This document shows, in pieces, positions 26,880 through 37,402 of a DNA stretch of 64,000 nt. Source of the stretch: Camelus dromedarius (lineage: Eukaryota); assembly GCF_036321535.1 (NCBI RefSeq), contig NC_087437.1:103170001-103234000 (forward strand), written 5' to 3'. The notes beneath the pieces are model-generated. The model was not told the origin of the DNA and did no database searches. It saw only the letters and a program-made list of their open reading frames with translations. Within the stretch, counting starts at the first letter, position 1. Each line of letters starts with the position of its first letter. Both the position numbers and the translations under genes were made by a program.

Positions 26880-28939
26880 GTAAGCCAACCGTATGCCTTA
26901 TCAAGCCGAAAATAAATATCGTGTTATCTTTTATAGCCTCTCTGAATTTTTTCTTAATATTGAAAACATAATTTTACAGAAGCAAGCATAAATTCTAGGG
27001 TCTGCTCATGATTATTTATGTATCAAAATTTCTCAGTCTGTCTTGCCATGGAAGATTGGTTCATTTGTAAGTGCACTTTGACAGCTTTAGTGGTGGAAAT
27101 GGTGGGGAGAGGATGAGCAGAGAGGGGATTGAGGGGTAAGAGTGAAAACCAACATAGAAAAGTTTTGTTGAGACCAGAAAAAACCCTTAGCAAAGAAGAC
27201 AACTTCTCTGCCAAACACACCAAGTCTAGTCCTTCACTTTTGGGAAGACATGGCCAAAGATAATGGTGAGCCCATTATGCTTGACCAAACAAGCTGCTTG
27301 GAAAGATTCAGTCTATCACATAATGAGGCAGAAGTAGCCACGGACATAGCCCGAGAAAGAACTATGACTAGAGTTCCAAAGAAGCTCATAGTGTCGCAGG
27401 ACATTCATCGTTAGTCACAGCGCACTGGGAGCTTCTACCTTGGTTAGGTAATAGTGCTTACATCATTACATACTAGTGATACTATCAAAGTCCACAGGAG
27501 GGATTCGAAAACTGTTTTCAGATATGTGCTATAAAGGTGAACATTCAAGAATGTATTCTGATTCAAAGTCAGTTAACTCTGTTAGTGAGTTGTCATATTG
27601 ATCATATTTTAACATTTATTGCTCTTTACATATCATATTTAACATTTAATGGTAAATTTTGTATGTACATGCATAAATATATATACACATATACTCTCTA
27701 TTTAGATATGTGAACTGCATATTCATAAACATGGCTGATTTAAGTCATACTATAATAGAGTATCAGTGTTGTTCCATAGTATTTTTGAGACTGGAAAAAT
27801 AAAATCTGTCAGCTCAGTCTTGCTATTTAACCCTCTTGTAATTTCAAATTGAAATTAATCTCATTATTACTGCTTTGTTATATCATACATCATTTTTTTA
27901 ATTGAAAGTAACTTTATATAATTCATCTTTCTATTAAAAAGTAATTACTGTTAGTTATGTGGTTTGAAAGTAATTGATATCATGGCTTTGTATTCCTAGT
28001 ATTAATAACTTCTTCCAATTATAATTTGAAATTAGGAAGTTGGAACTATCTAGAAATAATATGGATATCTTGCTTTGTACTGTCAATTTTTAAAAATTTA
28101 CAAAGTACCTCTGCACTTATTATGTCATTTTATTCTTGAATCGGAGTTGAACAAGGGAGAGTTATCCTCATCTCACAGTTTTGAGAGGTTAAAGGATCTG
28201 TTCAAGGTCAGAGCTACTTTAAATCAGATGACAAATCCCATGCCCTTACAAGATGATACACCTAAATAAGAATAGTTGAATGAACAATCAAGTTCATTGT
28301 TTCTGTGAGCTTAAAATATCAATAACTGCTTCTACAATTCTAATGCATTATGTCTGTAGTAATTATCCCCTATGCAGATAACAGGAATATGATAAATGAT
28401 TGTTAATATGAGCCAGAATCTTCAAAGGAGGGTTGCAAGAAAGAATTCCATCTACTTAAATCTTTAATTTAGCTCATATACCTGGAGGAAATAATTATGT
28501 TTATCAAAAGGAAAATTAATACTTTATAAAGCTGAAGGCAACATTTTAGTTATATTTTATAGATAAAACCCAAACTGTAAAAAAAAAAATAAAAGATTTT
28601 AGGCAGACTGCTTTATATTATACTCCCAGAATCTTTGCTATTTTATAAGAAATTGTTGTTAATAAAACCAATAATAAGTATAGACCAAAAGGTAAATAAA
28701 TAAAAACAGAATATATAAATAAATATATATATATGTGGAACAAAAATAACTAAAATATGTCATGATACATTTCCCATGAAAAACACTTTTCATATCAATT
28801 TTGGAAAGTCAGCTTGTGAGCAGTACCCAGAAGGAAAATGGTTTATAGCTTCAGCTTTGCTCTTGTGTTTAACTTCTTTTGATATGTATTTCCTTAGCTC
28901 TAAGCTAGTTTCTTCTGGTTTTGCAATGTTAAGATTTAT

Positions 28940-30560
28940 TGATTTATTCATTCATTCCAGTTATTTATTGGGATCTGGCTTTGTGACAAGCACTGTGATG
29001 AGTACAGAGGAATTATCTGTGAAAAATGCAGAGCTGGTTCCAGCACTCCAAGATTGTACAATCTAGTAGGGAAGATAGATATTAAACAAGAGTTAGAATA
29101 ACCACCAAGTAATTAAAACGAAGAGTTGTGCTGGTGCAGTGTGCCGCCTCTGGCAAGTGTACCTAACTAATGGGGGTATTTGGGGGTAACGAAAAGATTC
29201 CCTTGGAAAGTTGCTTTCTAAAAGAAGCTTGTAGGGAATGAAACTTCCAGGGAAAGTGTCTTATATGGAAGAAGTCTCTGAGAGAAGAAGGAATTTAACT
29301 GTTTTAGGAACTAGAAAAATCATGGTTGGCAGAGAACCTGTAGGTAAGTCAACAAAAGTAAGGATAGAGAGGGACCTGTGACCCATACAATCCAAGGTCT
29401 TCTCAAAACCATGTAAATAATTTTAAAACAGATTTTAAAAGTAGTAAGAAATCATTTGAAGCAGGGAAGTTATATGAAAAGATAGACATTATAGATAGAC
29501 TAATTTTGCTCACCTGAGTACAAGCAAGAGATGGATGAACATGAATGCTTGAAAAAATGTGATAACAGTTGAAAAAGGAAATGAATAAATCCTAGGCACA
29601 TTGTAGATGTAGAGTAACCTGCCCATGTAACAGATGGGATTCAGTAGATATTGATGACTTTTGAGTTTCTTGCTTGGGCAACTGGAACACTATTGATATC
29701 ATTTCTCAGGATTCTACAGAATCTTATAAACAAAGCAGAGTTTGAAGAATAAGGATTAAATGTAAGATCAGTTTGGTATTTGTTAAGTTTGAAATGTCAA
29801 ATAGATGTTAGATATGTGTGTATGTAGCTAAGACAACCATGGCTTGGAAACATATATTATGATGTTGTCAGCCTTAACAAGTGACTGGTATTTAAAGCCT
29901 GGGTGAGAATAAAACCACGCAATGAGTAACACCTAAGCTCTATGAAAGGAAGTTGATGTCTGTGATACTCACAGATGTTCCCCAGTACCTAGAAGGGCAA
30001 CTGGTGCAGCATCAATGTTCAAGGGGTAGGCGGTTCTTGATTTACTGAAGAGTAGAGGGTTAAGAACTGCATCCCAAGAAAATGTAATTGTATAGAGAAA
30101 GATGAAACCATACCACTACCCTTGGTGAGACTAAGATATTTTTCAATTCCTGGAAAAATACAAGACTGCAGTATCTTGGGAGTTAAGAGACAGTCATATT
30201 TCCAGAAGCCAAGGCGTAAATCATGTTTGACCCTTCTGATGCTGCTGAGAGGTCAACAAACCCAATTGAAAGAGACGTGAAGTGTACTAATTACATACAG
30301 CTTTGCTGAAGTGGATGAACGAGAAATTAGTTAGGAATGGGCTGAGAATTGTATGGGAGGTTAGCAGGTTTAGACTCCATGTTAATTTAGTGCTTTCAAG
30401 AAACTTTGCTATGAAGGTTAGCACAGGAAAAAAAAAGTCAGTTTTAGAAGGACTTTTATGATGAAAAGGGCTAGAGCGTGTTTCACAGCTGATGAAATGG
30501 ATCAAGCAGTCAAGGAAAAGTCAGACACACAGATGTACAAATGAAGCTATCTGAGAAGAT
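28940..30560 (-). mobile_element. Long degenerate L2 remnant
   Basis: Starts with antisense L2 tail (ttcattcattccagttatttattg…agcactgtg…caatctagtagggaagatagatattaaacaa). Continues with purine-rich L2-body motifs (gatgacttttgagtttcttgcttgggcaactgg; gctgctgagaggtcaa; tcaagaaactttgctatgaagg). Confidence 0.65.
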
Positions 30561-33081
30561 AGGAGATAGAATTCATCCCCTCTGAACTATGCTAATACAA
30601 AACCAGAGCAGCTCACTGGGAAAGGGGGAAAAAATAAAATATTCATTTTATCTATAAAAAGTCACAAAATAATGTCCAATTTACTGTGACTAAATCCACA
30701 GACTGGTAAAGTCTCATGGAAAGCCAGATCAAAGACACACCATTATAGATCAAGAATTACTTGATTTAGCTCTAGAAAATTTCCTGGGGGCAATTTTAAA
30801 GGCTGTGATGGTTGATGGTGAATTTGGGAGCCTTTAAACTCACAATTTCCTAAGGAGTTAAAATTATGAATCAGCAAAATAAGAAAAAATGATATTTTTC
30901 ACATGCTTTCATTATACTTACTCATGTAATTATATAATTTCTCACTCCATTTTAAAATAAATATTATAAATTCAAACTTAGGCTTCAGATTAGTTATATG
31001 TAACAAATGAGCAAACCTTAAGTCTTTGGAGAAGATAAGGAGTTTAAAAGTTAATTTAGTTTGTATTTTTTTAAATAGCATTCATTGTAGACTGTCCAAA
31101 TAAAGTTTACAGACTTTGAATTAAAAATTCCATTAATTGTGTGCATTAAGATATATTTAACCTTTGTAAGCAACAGACTAAATCTAGAATACATTTATTT
31201 GTTGGACAAGGGAGCTATTTTTAACAATAGACTCACCTTAAATTCATATATAATATATTCTATTGATAATAATGGCTTTTCTATGTATACATCATAGTGG
31301 ATACCACATTTCTCCATAGGTTATGATTCTGGTTTAAAAAGTATTTTGTGATGAATAATGTTTTCTCATTTTCACTTATTTAGAGACATGTTTATTTTGA
31401 AAGATGTGTTTCTTGATTCGCATAGAAATAGAGTGTGCAAAATCACAATCATGATCCCTTTTGTAATATTCATACAGCATAATTCCACCTCACTTTATTT
31501 TATAAACAATGAAAATATTGACTAGTGATGACTAAGTCTTATAAAAATGATTACAAAATCACCTATAGAACTAGAGGCTGATAAAATTATATTTACTGAC
31601 TTACTTTGTAATTTTAATAACTAAAATATTATTAACATGGTGGAATGAATATAATCTAATGCTTTAAAATTTTTTGGAGATAAACTTATTTTGAAAAAAT
31701 TTTTTCACCATTTCTTTTGGCTTACAATGTATTTAGTATTGATTGTTTTAACCAAAAAAAAAAAGAAATAACACTTATTATCTTAAAGTAATTGCTCCTT
31801 TTTCTTCTTTTGTTACTATGAATTGAAGATATGTCTAATTTTAACATTTACTCTCAATATAATTTGGTGACAAATAATTCCATTCATATATTCTAAAGAT
31901 CCAATGGTAAAATAATTCTACCAGCTGAAATCGAGCATGTACTACATCCATGAGAGTTCTTCAAGTTTAACAGGCTAACAAAGAAATGACATGAGTTGCC
32001 ACTAATAAACATATTGCTAAAAATTTTTTAATTAATTTGTATTTTCATGGACTTTTTATTATACTTAAAGTGAACTTTATAGTAAAATTATTTTGATGAC
32101 ATTCACTTCTAGTTTCAACAAAACTAGTATACCCTTTCATCTCTGAGTAACTCAACATGAACAGAAAACAAAACATTCAAGTACATGGCAAGTACTAAAA
32201 TGTTTTCTTAAATTTAAATTTATGATTGTTTTTGGAATATAAATTAAAGAAATTTCAAAACAATGGTGAAACTGAAGTTCAATTAATTGGGAAGAACTTC
32301 AGTTTAACCATCTGGAAATCTCAGTCAAATCTAAATATCAATAATACATGCAGAACAATATGTATTTGGCTTAGCACATAATGCCAAAGTAATTCAATAA
32401 ATTTATTTTCATGATCTTTGGTTCTCAAAATTATTTTAAATGAGTAACAATAACATATGTCTAGAGTGTGCCCACAGCCAGTTGAATTAATGCTCTTTTC
32501 TTCTTATTGCAAATTTTTATCGTGTGAACTTAAAATTTTCACTTATATGTCTTGGTACCTCATTCATTATTAAAAGTAAAACTACTTTTATTAAATACGT
32601 TCTAAGAAAATATGGTGGAAAAAAAAAAGGCTATCAGTAAACATTGCAGAATATGATGAACTCATATTTAAGTAGCAGTGTGAATTTACCAGTAGCCCGG
32701 TAGAATGGTTGATGACCTTTCTCTAATAAGTTTTATCTTCAATAAAAAATATTTAAGATGTTCACATTAAAGGAATCAGTGATAGAACTAAATGTCTGAG
32801 TTATTGAAATAAACACTATTATATTGAGCCTCAGTTATGTTTTTAACATGTGACAGCTATTTAGAAATGCTTTATACTAGATTTTTTTATTCTTTGTCCT
32901 GTATTAAAGTAATTTTTTGTAGGTAATGGCTTTGTGTAAATCTTGTATTAATTATTTTCTCTTTTTTTTTCTTTCCTACTGTCACTATTCTCTTTTCCTT
33001 TATTTTCATGTTTATAACTCTGCTTTTTTTCTTAATTGTTTTGTTCTTATTCTACTTTCAAAAACAATTTTCATCATACAG

Positions 33082-33188
33082 ATAAATGCTGTGAAGCAAA
33101 TAAAGGCGAAAATGGAAGCCAGTCATGGCAGCTGAATGCTGCTGGGTTTTCTTTCATTCTAGCCATAAGTGTGTCTTGCATGTTTTAA
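33082..33188 (+). CDS. NCAM2: NCAM2 alternative terminal exon encoding the GPI-anchor signal (OCAM-GPI-type isoform)
   Basis: Acceptor tcatcatacag|AT after a long T/C tract. Phase 1 matches the donor at 26879 (G+AT=Asp). Reads (D)KCCEANKGENGSQSWQLNAAGFSFILAISVSCMF-TAA: small residues, polar spacer, terminal hydrophobic run, no cytoplasmic tail. Closely resembles the rodent OCAM-GPI C-terminus as I recall it (…CCEANKGENG.QSW.LNA.GF.F…SC.F). Confidence 0.9.
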
Positions 33189-33256
33189 TGTCGTTGCTAT
33201 ATCTTATGGTATTCCCTTTTATCATCTGCAAGTTTACAAGGCTAATCTAAAATTAT

Positions 33257-33262
33257 AATAAA
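33257..33262 (+). terminator. Candidate proximal poly(A) signal for the GPI isoform
   Basis: First AATAAA downstream of the GPI-exon stop (68 nt after it). Usage cannot be shown from sequence alone. Confidence 0.35.
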
Positions 33263-34740
33263 ATATTTTTTAAGGTTCAACTAATTATGCATGTATCCTC
33301 ACCCGTCAACAGTTAGCCTCTTTTCCCTTCCCCAAATTGTTAACCTTTAAAGTAGATAATTTGTCAGAAAAACACTGAAGAAAACTGAACCAGGATTGTT
33401 TCTTTCAGGTACCAGTTCACAGCATAACTTGCTTCATTCTAAAGTTTTCTTCAGTTTCTTAAAGTTAACCTTAAATATCATGTCACTTTTACTTGGAACT
33501 TAACTATTTGCTACATCTAATCTTTTCTTTGATTATTTTGCAAATACAACTCAATGTTCATGGACATACGTTGCATAAATAGAAATTTTATTATGTTGAA
33601 TTGTGGATCTTTTATATTGGTTTTAATTGTTACTCTTTTAAATATAAGTTTCAACTTTATAAATATTTATCATATTTCATGGTGTTTACCATTTACATGA
33701 GACATAAACCTGATAATTTTTATTATGTTAGATGTGATTCCTGTTTTGCTGCCTTATTTTCCTTTTATTGACCTAAAATGTCATAAGGAGTAAAAGTGAA
33801 GCAGAGTTAATTTTCTTCAGTTTGACCACCAATTTTTGAAAGTCCAGACATTTTTTTAATGAAGTGAAAATATCTTAATGCAATTGTACCAAAGTAAATG
33901 ATAAATTAAATTTGAGTACGTTTATTAAGTTGCACCTGTGTACTAGATTTGGATACTATTTTGAGATGGTATCAAGTATTGATGTTCTAGCAACATGTAT
34001 ATTTATTTATTTATTACTTTTTCCTGAGTCAATTTCTTTGCAAGGATCAGAGATAGAAGTAAATATTTTAGCTGCCATTTTCAAGAAGATGAAATTGAGA
34101 GGAGAAGGTATTACTAGATTCCAGCTTTCAGAGCAAGCTGGATTTGAAGGAGTAGCATGATTAATGCCTTTTGTTTTCACATTTTCATTTATTACAAAAT
34201 GAGAAAAGGGTGTTTTGCATTTTTCACTCCCAGCTGCACTCTAGAAGGTGACTCTTACTACTCAGTCAGGACAATTAGAAAGCTGTCAGATTTACATATA
34301 TTCCCATGAGTGACCATAACTTACATGGTAAATCAAATTACTGAGTTCTGGGCTTCGAGATTCATTCATCAAAAACAATTTGTTTTGTTGCATGAAAGTA
34401 TTCTCTGACTTTATTTTAAAGAAATACCTACAGGATTCTATCATGTAAGGTCTAAAAGTAGACTTGCCTTTGGTAGTCTATTCTTTAAAATTTGTCTTTT
34501 CCAAACTCTGCTGTTCACTGCTGTATGTCTTTCTTCTGAGCTAGCATCAGACCTGTAGAGTGCAGAAGGGACTCACCCACAAAGTAAACACACTTCTGCT
34601 TTTCTTTCTCCCTTGCAGAGACAAAGGGGATTTCCTAATTTCAATTCTTGCAGTATAGGAATTTAACCTATTTATTGGAAATGTTCTGTTTTAAAATTAT
34701 AATAGCTAATGTTATGTTTATTATAAAGAACTGATTATAA

Positions 34741-34780
34741 TTGCATATTACATTCCATGATTGCATATTACATTCCATGA
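34741..34780 (+). repeat. Perfect 20-bp tandem duplication (TTGCATATTACATTCCATGA)x2
   Basis: Directly visible. Confidence 0.95.
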
Positions 34781-37284
34781 GTTTGGATAAGACTTGTAGA
34801 TATGTTGAATACTAATATGTAGCAAGTGCTGAGAAAGAAAGGAGTTTCAATAACACGTTCATGAACAATTTTTCTCATTCATTATAACCTGACTAGATCT
34901 CTCCAGTAAGTTGTAAATATTTCCATGAGAAATCATATTGAAATTATCTTGATTCAGGACATGACTACAAATGCTTTCTTGGAAAACATGGAATATGTCT
35001 TTAGTAAGATAAGAGATTTTTTTTTTTTAATTTTACATTCTATAACTACCAGGTCACCAACAATGATATGAAGGACACTCAGTCTGGTTTATATGATACC
35101 GAGACTGACATTTGAACAGTTCAGAAAATAACCTAAAATTAAAATTCTGATATCTTAGCAGAAGTGTTTACATTTAATGAGTTGTTCATTTAGATTTTAT
35201 AAGCATCTAAGTACCGATCAAGTTATTAATCCTAAAATTAATGAGCAGTCTATCATTTGGCCCCATGTTCATTCTTAGATGAGCAGTTATTATACAGTTC
35301 TAAGATACGCATACATTTAAAAAATATTCTGATACATCTTAAAATGATAGACTCTGTGCTTTGCCTTACTTCCGTAAGAAATGGGAAAGCACAAACTGTA
35401 AACAATGCAACTACTGCATTTTGAAAAATGAGATCCTAGAGATTGTAAATTACTTTCTCAGATATTTTTAACATCTTAATAATATGTAATTGTTGCTGAA
35501 TTATCATTTTTATTACTTGAACTTTACTCTTGTTATATGTAATCATGAAGTCTAACTGGCAGTACATTTTTGTATAATTAGTGTCTGTCTATAGGTCTAA
35601 GTAACTGAGATTATTGGTAAGCCATACATAAAAATTCTTCCTATTATCATCCAGTGCTTTTTTTTCATTCAGTGGACTTTTAAATAAAAATCAGTGTCTA
35701 AAATGTATAAATGTAAATTTGTGTAAGGTGAGTCTTATTTTATTCATTATAAATAATCAGAAGTATGTTTCTGTGTTTATCGACGTGTATGTCTTATCAT
35801 CAAATGTTAAATCATTTAAAAAGTTTGTTTTGACCGTATTATACCAGTTATAAAGCTAAATTGATTTGCTTATGCATAATGGCCATTATCTGTATGTGGA
35901 GTGTCAGGATTAATTTTTTATATACAGCTGTGTATCTCGTTTTTTCTTCTCCTAACCTTTTCTAAGTCTGTCTTCTATTTTCCATTTATCGTTAGGTCTT
36001 ACTGGTCTCCCTACCCCAATACAAGCTCAATACTTATTTATCAGATAGCTATAAGGCCCACCAGACTACATTTCAGATATGCTAACAGAGTATGCCGAGG
36101 AGGTAGCAATAAATTCTTTTTTCCTATGAAATTTTTTCTTACAGGCAAGAACCTTCAGTAAATTGCCATTTTTGATCCTTTCTGTCCTAATACTCTATTC
36201 ATTGGGAATATGTATATTTTATAAAATCTATACCCATATTCTTTCCAAAAGCATTATTTATGTGCACATGCATTCATTGCTGGTAGACATGAGCAAGACT
36301 GAAATGTTTAATGACTTATTTCATTTTTCTTAATTTTTTTCCTATTTTTTGTTAGCCTCAAGTATCTCAAGTGTTTAACCATTTTAAATAAGCAAATAAA
36401 TAAATTCCAGGCATTGGATTAACATTTTGTATGTATAAGTCAGTTATATATAAAACAAGTATTTGTTCCAACAGATAATTTTATTGCAGATAATTTTGAC
36501 TTTTAAGTATTCAGCAGTTCTTTTAAAATAAATAGTTAAAATTACAAGTACGCATAGTAGTTCATGGACAGTTCGGGTCAACTTGGAAATAATTATACAA
36601 TTCAAATATTTTCTATATTAAGAGTTCTTATTGATTAATTATATTAATTATACAAAACTAAAATAAGGAAAATTCCGCAATATTTTTAAGTCTGATTAGT
36701 TGGTCTGATTATTCATTTGTAAGCAACAAAATATAGGTGCAAGAGAAAATTAGGCCATGTGCTTTTGGATCTGGATAAGTACTTTCAGATATATTATTCA
36801 TTAATATGGTGTATCTACACTAAGAATAAAGAAATAAAAAAATTTTAATTACAAATTATTTTAGTAATTCCAGATGGATATTTATCAATACAATAGTTAA
36901 GTATGTTTGGGTCTAGCTTTCAAGAATAGCTAATATTATGTATAATATTTTTAGTTTGTAGTAGTTAATTAAGAAATACATCTAGATATGTGCAGTTATC
37001 TGAAGATTTTTGCCTGTTTGTTTTTTGGTTATGATATTAGCAGTATTAAGAGCTTTAAATAAGTAATCTGTTATGATACTCCCTAAATTGAATATTATCA
37101 TGTATAAGTTTTTTGCCCTTATATATTATGATTCCACTCAGTGAATAAAGATACAGTATCACAAATTTCATATAGGAATGTGTCATTTTGTGTATTTTAT
37201 TATGGTTCAGATCTGTGAGGCATAATGTAATATCCTTGAAGCCACCTTTGAGTAAGTGCAGATTAATTAGGCTTTTTCTTAGTT

Positions 37285-37402
37285 GCTTTCTTTCCTTCCA
37301 TTCTTCCTTCTAATTCTTTCTAATATTCTGTCTCTCCCTCCCGCCCTCCCACCCTCCTCGTTTCCCCCTTCCCACTATCTCTCCCTTCCTTCCTCCCTCT
37401 CA
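37285..37402 (+). repeat. C/T-rich low-complexity tract
   Basis: Mostly pyrimidine sequence with many CCC runs. Confidence 0.85.

Noticed and set aside
29341..29349. Perfect TAG|GTAAGT recursive-splice-like motif
   Set aside because: No polypyrimidine tract upstream, and it lies inside an L2 remnant.
32926..33135. 69-aa ORF in the track overlapping the GPI exon
   Set aside because: Wrong frame. Its F/L-rich part is just the translated polypyrimidine tract; the real exon starts at 33082 in another frame.
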